This document shows, in pieces, positions 17,447 through 24,932 of a stretch of 64,000 nucleotides of DNA. Position 1 is the stretch's first letter; each line of letters starts with the position of its first letter. Origin of the DNA: a bacterium (lineage in GTDB: Bacteria > Patescibacteriota > Minisyncoccia > Phycocordibacterales > Phycocordibacteraceae); contig JAJZTG010000002.1 of assembly GCA_021849125.1 (NCBI GenBank), positions 12,573-76,572 of the forward strand, written 5' to 3'. Made by a program: the position numbers and the translations under genes. Under the pieces are notes generated by a model. The model saw only the letters and a list, made by a program, of their open reading frames with translations, was not told where the DNA came from and ran no database searches.

Positions 17447-18088
17447 TTAGAGTTTGCGTACCTGCAAGAAATCGAGCTCGACCGGCGTCTCGCGACCGAA
17501 CATGGAGACCATGACCTTGACCTTGCCACGCTCCTCGTCGATCTCGCCGACCTTGCCCTCGAGGTCCTTGAACGGACCGTCTGCGATCACGACCGCGTCG
17601 TCCTTCATGAGGTCGATACGGTGCTTCGGCGCCTCGGCGCTCATGCGCTTCATGAGGGAGTCTACTTCCGCCTGCTCCATCGGGACCGGGGTATTGCCCG
17701 AACCCACGAAACCGGTCACGCGCGGCGTGTTGCGCACCACGAACCACGAATCGTCGTCGACGATCATGCGGACGAGGATGTAGCCCGGATAGATCTTCTC
17801 TTCCTCGACGACGCGCTTCCCTGCCTTGACGCGGATCTTCTTCTCGGTCGGGACGACCACGTCGAAGATCTTGTCTTCCATGCCCAAGGACTCGATGCGC
17901 TGCTTCAGGTTGCGCTCGACGGCGTTCTCGTAGCCTGCGTAGGTGTGGATGGTGTACCAACGCGCGTCCTCTTTGCGCGGGGTGACCTCATCCCGGATCT
18001 CTTTCGGAACTGCCGGGGCGATATCAGCCATGCCGAGATCCTCGAAGATCTCCTCGTTGCTCTCGCCGCTGTGAATGGTGTCAGTCAT
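17447..18088 (-). CDS. nusG: transcription termination/antitermination factor NusG
   Basis: The NGN domain begins WYTIHTYAGYENAV and the protein ends with a KOW motif. It sits between secE and rplK. Confidence 0.9.
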   Translation of the reverse strand: MTDTIHSGESNEEIFEDLGMADIAPAVPKEIRDEVTPRKEDARWYTIHTYAGYENAVERNLKQRIESLGMEDKIFDVVVPTEKKIRVKAGKRVVEEEKIYPGYILVRMIVDDDSWFVVRNTPRVTGFVGSGNTPVPMEQAEVDSLMKRMSAEAPKHRIDLMKDDAVVIADGPFKDLEGKVGEIDEERGKVKVMVSMFGRETPVELDFLQVRKL

Positions 18089-18099
18089 AGGGAAAGCCG

Positions 18100-18282
18100 T
18101 TAGCCGACAATATAGCTCGCGATCGAGCCGAAGAGATAATCGAAGCCGCCCACGAGGACGATGATCGCTGCAGCGATGCCGATAACGACGAGCGTATGCG
18201 CGATAGCCTTACGCGAGGTCGGCCACACGATGTGGGAGAACTCTTCGCGAACGTGCTTCAAATACGTGAAAGGTGAAGTCAT
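18100..18282 (-). CDS. secE: preprotein translocase subunit SecE
   Basis: A 60-aa single-TM protein, MTSPFTYLKHVREEFSHIVWPTSRKA..., located upstream of nusG. Confidence 0.75.
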   Translation of the reverse strand: MTSPFTYLKHVREEFSHIVWPTSRKAIAHTLVVIGIAAAIIVLVGGFDYLFGSIASYIVG

Positions 18283-18371
18283 GAGGACGATGATTTCGGT
18301 AAATAAAAAAGCCCTGCGGGCCTTTGACATTTCGAAGTATAGTATAGCCCTCTCAAGGCGTCAACTGTCGG

Positions 18372-18409
18372 GAGGATAAAAGAGAACCGCACCTTTTGGA
18401 GGGGTGCGG
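18372..18409 (-). terminator. rho-independent terminator (ccgcacc...ggtgcgg plus T-tract on - strand)
   Basis: 7-bp GC stem at 18387-18409, with T-rich sequence after it on the - strand. It lies downstream of the 18453..18761 gene. Confidence 0.55.
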
Positions 18410-18452
18410 TAGTTTTGGCGATACGGCTATTCAGTTAGCCGCTGGCCGTTGA

Positions 18453-18761
18453 TCACTGCCAGGAGTTGCTGTCGGCGTTGTAAGTCTGGCCACGGAAAGT
18501 CACCGTGGCGCCCTGCTTGGACAGGCCGTATGCTGCAGCGTTGTTGAACTCGGCGGTTTCCATCACGGTGAGCGAATTGCCCGTCGCGATGCTGACGGTG
18601 CCGTTCTTCTCGTCGATGTTCACACCGGGCGACTCGACATCTTTGCCAGTGATCACGTCTTTGCCGTGACAGATGGCGAAGCCCATGGCCTCGGGACTGT
18701 TGCCGGTACTCGCAGCCAGTGCGGCCAGGATCAGGGGGGTGCCTTGCTTCAGCTTGTTCAT
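18453..18761 (-). CDS. small secreted/exported hypothetical protein (~102 aa)
   Basis: GAGGAG RBS 6 nt before ATG (18759-18761). Signal-peptide-like N-terminus MNKLKQGTPLILAALAASTG. The track ORF extends upstream into the promoter and so cannot be the real start. Confidence 0.45.
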   Translation of the reverse strand: MNKLKQGTPLILAALAASTGNSPEAMGFAICHGKDVITGKDVESPGVNIDEKNGTVSIATGNSLTVMETAEFNNAAAYGLSKQGATVTFRGQTYNADSNSWQ

Positions 18762-18848
18762 GTACGACTCCTCGATATTGGGAACAAAAAGTTCATCGCC
18801 CATCCTTTTCAGGCGGCGATGTGCCATGCGGAACTGCACGACCATCGC

Positions 18849-18877
18849 AATATAGCAGGGGTGGTTTTTAGTGTCAA
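18849..18877 (-). promoter_or_regulatory. near-consensus sigma70-type promoter TTGACA-17-TATATT
   Basis: On the - strand, TTGACA at 18877-18872 and TATATT at 18854-18849 with a 17-nt spacer. An ~80-nt leader precedes the start codon. Confidence 0.5.
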
Positions 18878-18883
18878 GAGGAT

Positions 18884-18924
18884 ACAAAAACACGCGGGCC
18901 GCAAAGCGGCCCGCGTGTTTTTGT
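18884..18924. terminator. bidirectional rho-independent terminator (perfect palindrome acaaaaacacgcgggccgcaaagcggcccgcgtgtttttgt)
   Basis: A-tract, GC stem and T-tract. It lies downstream of the SIMPL gene. Confidence 0.65.
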
Positions 18925-18929
18925 CTTTC

Positions 18930-19727
18930 CTATCGGATCTCGTACGTGATCGAGACTGACGCGTGGTACGTATTCTCACCGACCGGGAGATTCGGTGTCG
19001 GAGCTGATGCTTCCATCGCCCCTCCGAATCCCTTTGCGTACATCATCGGAACCGGGTACCCGCCTGACGATTCGCTGAAGTTCACGATCTTGCCCAGGTG
19101 CACACCGAGCTGCTGTGCGAGCACGCTTGCCTGCACCTTCGCTTTCGCGATCGCATCGGCACGAGCCGCATCATAGCCTGCCGTCGAATCATCAAGCGCG
19201 AAATCAGGACCGGACACGTTCTGTACGCCGAACTCTCCAAGGCCTGCGAGAAGTTCACCTGCCTTTGCGAGATCACGCACGGTCACCTGTACGGTTTCCG
19301 ATACCTGGTAGCCGGTAATCTTCGGGGTGCGTTCTGGGCACGAGGAGCCCACACACGGTGCCGGATATGCATACTGCGGATTGATATTGTACGAGAGCGT
19401 CTTTACATCCTTCTCGGCGATGCTTTGCTTCTTCACAAAATCAAGTACCCCGTTTGCCTGCCTGGTGGTCACTGCCTGTGCCTCGGCCACCGAGACGGCC
19501 GTATTCTGGACCGTAAACGTTATGCGTGCGACGTCCGGTGCCATGGTCGCTTGCCCATCGCCGTTTACGGTGATCGTATCGGTCGCTGGCGCGCCGGAAC
19601 GTCCGAAGTCGCGCGCGAGCGTGATCGTCTGAGCAAGAAGGAAAAGCGAAAGGATCGAGAACATGCCGATCAGGGAAAACCTGATGCCGTCAGTAGTGAA
19701 TATCTCGGTGAGCGATTTATTTTCCAT
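18930..19727 (-). CDS. SIMPL/DUF541 (YggE-like) domain protein, membrane-anchored
   Basis: An N-terminal TM helix followed by SIMPL-like segments (ITVNGDGQATMAPDVARITFTV ... VSITYEI). Confidence 0.65.
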   Translation of the reverse strand: MENKSLTEIFTTDGIRFSLIGMFSILSLFLLAQTITLARDFGRSGAPATDTITVNGDGQATMAPDVARITFTVQNTAVSVAEAQAVTTRQANGVLDFVKKQSIAEKDVKTLSYNINPQYAYPAPCVGSSCPERTPKITGYQVSETVQVTVRDLAKAGELLAGLGEFGVQNVSGPDFALDDSTAGYDAARADAIAKAKVQASVLAQQLGVHLGKIVNFSESSGGYPVPMMYAKGFGGAMEASAPTPNLPVGENTYHASVSITYEIR

Positions 19728-19754
19728 AGTGAAAGGTGTTATTGGTCGTTTCCA

Positions 19755-20402
19755 TTATAACGCCTGCAGCGTCGAAAGCATCTTCTCGAGTGCGGAATGG
19801 GCTGGCAGTTCCGATACCTTCAAGGTCGGGCTGGTCCAGTCAGAAACGGAGCCGTCAATCGCATCGAAACGCAAGACCGTCGAACCCTGTGCGAGGTAGT
19901 AGGCGGTATCTATGACTCCTTCAAAACGCTCAACCGATACGACCGTGAACCGCCGAGTGCCGAACTCGGAAGATGAGAAGGCCGTGATCGCGACAGGGTC
20001 TCCAGAAACGAGATTGGTAGCGGTTTGCTTGATGACATCGAGCGGCGTCGAGGAAGCCTCGACTGTAAATTGTCGGATGGTGATGCGTGCAGGGTTTGTC
20101 GATGCGTCGTCCCCTTCTTTCGCATACGTAACAGCGTCTACGTTTTCTTGAGATGCATCGGCGGTAAATCCTTGAGGGACCGCAAACGAGATGCCGAATT
20201 CCTTAAGCGAAACATTGGGCAACGGACATTCTGCAAACGTGCATGATGATCCGGTACGGCCGACGACGGTTCCGTCCGGGCATACTTTGGCATCAAGCGG
20301 ACAAGCTATTGGCTGCATCGGGTGCTCGACCGCGTTCCGATAGACGAAACCGCCGATGCCGATAAGGATGATGATCGTGATTCCCCAAAACAAGCTTTTC
20401 AT
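19755..20402 (-). CDS. hypothetical membrane-anchored protein with Cys-rich N-proximal region
   Basis: N-terminal TM helix (LFWGITIIILIGIGGFVY) followed by a CPLDAKVCPDGT...CTFAECP motif. Confidence 0.45.
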   Translation of the reverse strand: MKSLFWGITIIILIGIGGFVYRNAVEHPMQPIACPLDAKVCPDGTVVGRTGSSCTFAECPLPNVSLKEFGISFAVPQGFTADASQENVDAVTYAKEGDDASTNPARITIRQFTVEASSTPLDVIKQTATNLVSGDPVAITAFSSSEFGTRRFTVVSVERFEGVIDTAYYLAQGSTVLRFDAIDGSVSDWTSPTLKVSELPAHSALEKMLSTLQAL

Positions 20403-20494
20403 GAGCGCGCGAGATTAGTGAGTACTGGTCCTCTCACTATAACAGGAAGGGCTCGGCGCTTCGCGCCGGACCGTTCCTCGTCCGTCTCATTGTT

Positions 20495-20511
20495 CTTTGG
20501 GCGACTACAGG
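20495..20511. repeat. direct partial copy of tRNA-His 3' end (att-like)
   Basis: ctttgggcgactacagg matches 20687-20703 at 16 of 17 positions. Confidence 0.55.
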
Positions 20512-20622
20512 TGACGGTCACAAGTCGCTAACCGTTTTGCTCCAAGCATTCGCAAAACGCTAAGCGCTCTCGACCCCGCCTCGGCCACGCTCGCTTCGCT
20601 CGCGGCTTCGCAGCCTCCGGCT

Positions 20623-20639
20623 TTCGATTCCCTGTAGTC
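20623..20639. repeat. inverted partial copy of tRNA-His T-arm/acceptor 3' segment
   Basis: ttcgattccctgtagtc is the exact reverse complement of 20694-20710. Confidence 0.55.
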
Positions 20640-20690
20640 CGTACAAAAATATACTCGCAAAGCGCTATCGCTCTTTTCTCCTTATTTTTG

Positions 20691-20763
20691 GGCGACTACA
20701 GGGAATCGAACCCTGATTGCGGGTACCACAAACCCGAGTGTTAACCGTTACACCATAGTCGCC
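20691..20763 (-). tRNA. tRNA-His (anticodon GTG) with encoded G-1
   Basis: Cloverleaf folds with anticodon loop TTGTGGT. The extra 5' G pairs with the discriminator C. The T-loop is TTCGATT. Confidence 0.85.
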
Positions 20764-20851
20764 ATGCTGGCTTGCCTGTTTTTTATACCATATCGCCTGT
20801 TTTTTTCTAATTTCAGGTCGCCAGAGGCGTGCGTGGTACCATGAGGCGCAT

Positions 20852-21562
20852 ATGACGACCCATCTGCACCACGACGAATTCGAGACCCTTATCGAAACCC
20901 TGAATGATGATGCGGCTCTCTCAGCATACAAAGCGCCCTACGATAGTTACCGCCCGAGCCTACTGCCACGCATCCTTGGGGGCTTCTTGGTCTGGTGCGG
21001 CAATCTCGTCTATGGCAAACCTTCATACCTCAAGTTCCGTGCGGTCGAGGTGATCGCTCGTGTCCCCTACCATTCCTGGGCATCGGCCGTATTCACCTTG
21101 CTCACGATGTTTTATGCAGATGAAAATCGCGCGCTCAGGCTTTCTACGCTCTCCCGCTTCGCGCGATTCGCCTCGGACAACGAGACCATGCACGTCGTCG
21201 TGATCTCCGCACTCGCACGCAAGGAGCAACGCTCGGGCGTCATACGCCATACGCTTATCCCGATGCTCTTCGCATTCTTCTACTTCTGGCTCTCTTATCT
21301 CCTCTATCTCGTAAATCCGCGCTGGTCACTCGAGACCAACTACCTCTTCGAGCAGCACGCCTTCGATCAATACTCCCTCTTCCTCAAGGACAACGAGGAG
21401 ACGCTTAAGGCAAAACCGATCGAGAGCGACTTCCTCGCTTGGTACGGCCGGCACCCACGAAGTCAGTACGAATTCTTCCGAAGCGTCCGCAACGATGAGA
21501 TCGTGCACCGCAACCAGTCGATCCACGAGATCGAGGCGCATCGCAAGCACGGCGCGTGCTAA
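20852..21562 (+). CDS. alternative oxidase (AOX/PTOX)-like di-iron carboxylate protein
   Basis: The four AOX iron-ligand motifs are recognisable: AVEVIARVP, NETMHV (NERMHL-like), LFEQHA (LEEEA..H-like) and RNDEIVHRN (RADEAHHRD-like). Confidence 0.5.
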   Translation: MTTHLHHDEFETLIETLNDDAALSAYKAPYDSYRPSLLPRILGGFLVWCGNLVYGKPSYLKFRAVEVIARVPYHSWASAVFTLLTMFYADENRALRLSTLSRFARFASDNETMHVVVISALARKEQRSGVIRHTLIPMLFAFFYFWLSYLLYLVNPRWSLETNYLFEQHAFDQYSLFLKDNEETLKAKPIESDFLAWYGRHPRSQYEFFRSVRNDEIVHRNQSIHEIEAHRKHGAC

Positions 21563-22092
21563 TAGCGCGGATTCTCTTCCGTAACGCCAGCCTTATGGTT
21601 GGCGAGGCGCGCGAGCGCGAAGAAAAGCGATGAAAGCCGGTTCATGTACGCCTTTACCTCTGGCGACACCTCGTGCGTCCCCGCTTCGGCAACCGCGATG
21701 AGCCGACGCTCAGCGCGACGTGCGAGCGTACGCGATACGTCGAGAAGCGCGGAAAGCTCGGTCCCGCCCGCGATCGAGAATCCCTTGAGAGGCGGAATCT
21801 CTTTCTCGATACCGTTGGTGAGCTCCTCGAGGCGCTTCACGGAAGTCTCGGTAATCTTCTTGTCAGCGCCAGCGACCTCTGCTTGGATGATGAAAAGCGT
21901 TTCTTGCACCTCGCGGAGGAGATCGACGAAGTACGTATCCTCCCCCGCGCGCACCTTCGTAAAGCCCAGAAAGGCATTAAGCTCATCAAGCGCGCCGAGC
22001 GCTTCGGGCAATTCCGACGACTTCGAGATGCGCTGTTGGTCGCAGCCGAATGCGGTCGTCGTTCCCCCGTCTCCTTTCCCCGTGTAGAGCAT
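21559..22092 (-). CDS. PduO-type ATP:cob(I)alamin adenosyltransferase
   Basis: MLYTGKGDGGTTTAFGCDQQRISKSSELPEALGALDELNAFLGF. The start is the internal Met at 22090-22092. Confidence 0.8.
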   Translation of the reverse strand: MLYTGKGDGGTTTAFGCDQQRISKSSELPEALGALDELNAFLGFTKVRAGEDTYFVDLLREVQETLFIIQAEVAGADKKITETSVKRLEELTNGIEKEIPPLKGFSIAGGTELSALLDVSRTLARRAERRLIAVAEAGTHEVSPEVKAYMNRLSSLFFALARLANHKAGVTEENPRY

Positions 22093-22125
22093 ATACGGCC
22101 AGTATACCGCGCGATTTCGGGAGGG

Positions 22126-22154
22126 CTTGACAGGTTTATTAGTTAGTGCTATTC
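22126..22154 (+). promoter_or_regulatory. sigma70-like promoter TTGACA-17-TATTCT
   Basis: TTGACA at 22126-22131 and TATTCT at 22149-22154, upstream of the 37-aa ORF. Confidence 0.45.
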
Positions 22155-22186
22155 TAGCCTTAGACCTTACCTTAAGGAGTACCAAT

Positions 22187-22300
22187 ATGTTGCCGGTTGA
22201 ACACCCGTGGGACAGGCCGTCCCCGTTCTTCAATATCAAATGGGGATGGATCATTATCGGCGTTATGGGCTTCATGACATTTGCTGTCATCCTCCTCTAA
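22187..22300 (+). CDS. 37-aa single-TM membrane peptide (not in ORF track)
   Basis: AAGGAG RBS 7 nt before ATG. Translation: MLPVEHPWDRPSPFFNIKWGWIIIGVMGFMTFAVILL. It is followed by a terminator. Confidence 0.45.
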   Translation: MLPVEHPWDRPSPFFNIKWGWIIIGVMGFMTFAVILL

Positions 22301-22312
22301 ACACCCCAACCC

Positions 22313-22345
22313 AGGTCCGAGCACTGCTCGGACCTTACCATTTTG
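22313..22345 (+). terminator. rho-independent terminator (aggtccgag/ctcggacct)
   Basis: 9-bp stem with a 5-nt loop, followed by a T-rich tract. Confidence 0.5.
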
Positions 22346-22394
22346 TGCGCCAGCCTCCGCCTTTCAAGTCCTCTCCTGCGACAAAAACAATAGT

Positions 22395-22432
22395 CGCCGG
22401 ATGCTACCGCATCCGGCTCCTTTGTTTTTTGT
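22395..22432. terminator. bidirectional terminator (gccggatgc tacc gcatccggc + T-tract)
   Basis: 9-bp stem followed by tcctttgttttttgt. It lies downstream of tRNA-Leu on the - strand. Confidence 0.6.
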
Positions 22433-22516
22433 GCGCAGGAGAGGACTTGAACCTCCATTCCCTTAACGGGAGCTACCACCTCAAGGTAGTGCGTCTACCA
22501 ATTTCGCCACCTGCGC
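22432..22516 (-). tRNA. tRNA-Leu (anticodon GAG)
   Basis: Long variable arm. Anticodon loop is CTACC-TTGAGGT-GGTAG. Acceptor stem pairs GCGCAGG with CCTGCGC. Confidence 0.85.
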
Positions 22517-22539
22517 AGGTGGGCACACTATAGCACAGC

Positions 22540-23079
22540 TTACGCAGCCTGTACCTCCTCGACGGATGCCGCCTCTTCCGCGGTCTCCGGAGCGGCTGCT
22601 TCGATCGGTGCCTCGGCAGCGGCGGCTTCTGCTGCTGCCGCTGCAAGCTCCTCTTCTGTCGGAGCAATCGTCTCATCGCTCTTCATGTGAAGCATGCGCG
22701 CGTTACGGAGCTGGCGGCGGACAGCCTTAGCCGCCTTCTCACGGATGAAGTAGAGCTTCGCGCGGCGGACCTTCGAGCGCTTCACGATCTCGATCGAGTC
22801 GATCATGGGCGTGTAGAGCGGGAAAGTTTTCTCCACGCCGATACCCGAAAGGGTGGTGCGTACGGTGAACGTTGCTCCCGCTTCCGCGCCGTGCTTGGTC
22901 GAGATGACAAGCCCTTCAAAGGCCTGCTTGCGGGTGTTCTTGAGGGTCTTTTCCTTCTTGTCAGCTCCTTTGCCCTTCTTGAGCTCGACGATGTTTTGGA
23001 TGACGCGAACGGTGTCGCCCGCGCGAATACCGAGCTTCGCGCGCCCTTCAGCGTTTACTGGCGTTATAACCTGCTGCAT
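22540..23079 (-). CDS. rplS: 50S ribosomal protein L19 with Ala/Glu-rich C-terminal extension
   Basis: MQQVITPVNAEG...GDTVRV...GIGVEKTFPLYTPMIDSIEIV. Confidence 0.85.
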   Translation of the reverse strand: MQQVITPVNAEGRAKLGIRAGDTVRVIQNIVELKKGKGADKKEKTLKNTRKQAFEGLVISTKHGAEAGATFTVRTTLSGIGVEKTFPLYTPMIDSIEIVKRSKVRRAKLYFIREKAAKAVRRQLRNARMLHMKSDETIAPTEEELAAAAAEAAAAEAPIEAAAPETAEEAASVEEVQAA

Positions 23080-23122
23080 ACGTTTGCGCACTGTATCACG
23101 CCGGGCGATTAAGAGCAAATAC

Positions 23123-23866
23123 TCACCCTTTCCCGTGGAAATGGCTCTGTGCTGCCACGAAATCCGGCGGCGGCGGCGCTTCGAAGGTCTGTCGCTTGCC
23201 CGAAGGGAGCGTGATCGAGAGCGAGAAAGCGTGGAGCGCCTGACGCGAGAAGCCAAGCAAGCATGGTCGCTCCTTCGCGTAGAGCTTATCGCAGATGACC
23301 GGGTGGTTCAGATGCTTGAAATGCACGCGGATCTGGTGTGTGCGGCCGGTCTTCGGGCGCGCTTCCATGTAGGCGACCTTCTGGTCCGTCTCCGGATCGG
23401 AGCTGCGCGCGAGCACCTGCCACTCGGTCACTGCCGCGCGATGTTTCTTCTCTTCCCCTGCACGCGCGACACCCCAACGTGGCGGTATCGCGCGGATGCG
23501 TACGATCTCCGCTTCGATTACCCCCTTGTCACGTGCCGGGTGCCCGTACACGAACGCCCGATACGTCTTTTCCGTCGTACGATCTTGGAACTGTTCTTTG
23601 AGAAACGCGTGCGCCTGGGGCGTCTTCGCAAGGATCATCACCCCCGAGGTATCCCGATCGAGCCGATGCACGATGCCCGGACGCGGCACCGCTTCCCCTT
23701 GCGGGCTGGTCCATGACTCGCCCACTTCTGCGAGCGCCGGATAGTGCGCAAGCACCCACTCGGCTACCGAGGTTTCTTCCGTACGCCCATCGCTATGCAC
23801 GATGAGCCCGGCGGGCTTATTGATGACGAGGACATCTTCGTCTTCGTAGAGGATAGTCGGCTCCAT
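23123..23866 (-). CDS. RluA-family pseudouridine synthase
   Basis: The catalytic motif HRLDRDTSGVMILAK plus the KTYRAFV segment. Confidence 0.8.
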   Translation of the reverse strand: MEPTILYEDEDVLVINKPAGLIVHSDGRTEETSVAEWVLAHYPALAEVGESWTSPQGEAVPRPGIVHRLDRDTSGVMILAKTPQAHAFLKEQFQDRTTEKTYRAFVYGHPARDKGVIEAEIVRIRAIPPRWGVARAGEEKKHRAAVTEWQVLARSSDPETDQKVAYMEARPKTGRTHQIRVHFKHLNHPVICDKLYAKERPCLLGFSRQALHAFSLSITLPSGKRQTFEAPPPPDFVAAQSHFHGKG

Positions 23867-23887
23867 TATGAAAAGCCTAGCACCTAC

Positions 23888-24574
23888 CTATTTGCCGTGT
23901 CGACGTTCGCGGGCCGCAAATTCTGCCAAGACCGCATCGAACTCCTCCTCGGAAAAATCTGGCCAGAGGGTGTCGAGGAAAAAGAGCTCGCTATAGGTCG
24001 ACTGCCACGGAAGAAAATTCGAGAGACGCTTCTCTCCGCCAGTGCGGATGATGAGATCCGGATCGGGCATGGGGTGCGACCAGAGCTGCGTCGCGAACGT
24101 ATCGTTCGTCACCTCCGACACACCCTTAGCAAGCAGCTTGTTTGCCGCAGCGACGATCTCTTCGCGCCCTCCGTAGGAAACGAGAAGATGAAGTGTGGGT
24201 CCTGCATGATCCTTGGTCGAAGCTTCCCTTTCCCGCATGAGGTTCTGCAGATCTTCGGGGAAACGTGAGGTGTCTCCGACAAAACGGATGCGCGCATCCT
24301 CTTCGGAAAGTTTCTGCATCTCGTTCTTGAGCACGTTGCGGAACAGATTGAGCAGGTACCCGACCTCTTCTTCTGCTCGATTCCAGTTTTCTGTCGAAAA
24401 GGCGTAGGCGACGACGTGCGGGATCCTCGCTCTGCGCGCCCACCCCAAGACCTCACGCAGCTTCTTGTATCCTTCGGCGTGTCCTTCGTATACGGGAAGA
24501 TTGCGCGCGCGTGCCCAACGCCGGTTGCCATCCATGACAAGGCCGAGGCACGGTAGTCCTTGCGAGTCATCCAT
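23888..24574 (-). CDS. uppS: undecaprenyl diphosphate synthase (isoprenyl transferase)
   Basis: GLVMDGNRRWA...AFSTENWNR...RTGGEKRLSNFLPWQ. Confidence 0.9.
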   Translation of the reverse strand: MDDSQGLPCLGLVMDGNRRWARARNLPVYEGHAEGYKKLREVLGWARRARIPHVVAYAFSTENWNRAEEEVGYLLNLFRNVLKNEMQKLSEEDARIRFVGDTSRFPEDLQNLMREREASTKDHAGPTLHLLVSYGGREEIVAAANKLLAKGVSEVTNDTFATQLWSHPMPDPDLIIRTGGEKRLSNFLPWQSTYSELFFLDTLWPDFSEEEFDAVLAEFAARERRHGK

Positions 24575-24611
24575 ATCTATTCAATAACTGCTGCCATCCT
24601 GTTTGCGTTAC

Positions 24612-24687
24612 TGGTGCGTCCTGAGGGACTCGAACCCCCGACCTTCGCAGTGTAAATGCGTTGCTCTACCAACTGAGCTAAGGACGC
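24612..24687 (-). tRNA. tRNA-Val (anticodon TAC), CCA encoded
   Basis: GCGTCCTTAGCTCAGTTGGTAGAGCA...TTTACAC...GGTTCGAGTCC. Confidence 0.85.
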
Positions 24688-24710
24688 GTACTATCTAGCA
24701 TACCTCCTTG

Positions 24711-24793
24711 TGGGCATGAGAGGATTTGAACCTCCACTCCCTTGCGGGAACTACGACCTGAACGTAGCGCGTCTACCATTTCGCCACATGCCC
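24711..24793 (-). tRNA. tRNA-Leu (anticodon CAG)
   Basis: Long variable arm. Anticodon loop is GCTACGTTCAGGTCGTAG. Confidence 0.85.
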
Positions 24794-24834
24794 GCTGTGT
24801 GGCCATCATACACGAACCTCCCTATTTTGCCTTG

Positions 24835-24906
24835 TGCCCCCAGCAGGAATCGAACCTACATCAACGGCTTAGAAGTCCGCTGCTCTATCCATTGAGCTAT
24901 GGGGGC
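24835..24906 (-). tRNA. tRNA-Arg (anticodon TCT)
   Basis: Acceptor stem GCCCCCA/TGGGGGC, anticodon loop CTTCTAA, T-loop TTCGATT. Confidence 0.75.
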
Positions 24907-24932
24907 CCTTGTAGGATAGCGTATTCGTGGGC

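Noticed and set aside
18325-18360. TTGACA at 18325-18330 (+ strand) as a promoter
   Set aside because: There is no acceptable -10 at 16-18 nt spacing and no + strand gene downstream.
20403-20850. Intact integrated mobile element at tRNA-His
   Set aside because: Only ~190 bp lie between the direct att-like repeats and there is no integrase or excisionase ORF. It is treated as a scar or remnant rather than an element.
22207-22533. 108-aa + strand ORF overlapping tRNA-Leu
   Set aside because: It runs through the 37-aa micro-gene in another frame, then through two terminators and a tRNA gene. It is not plausible as coding.
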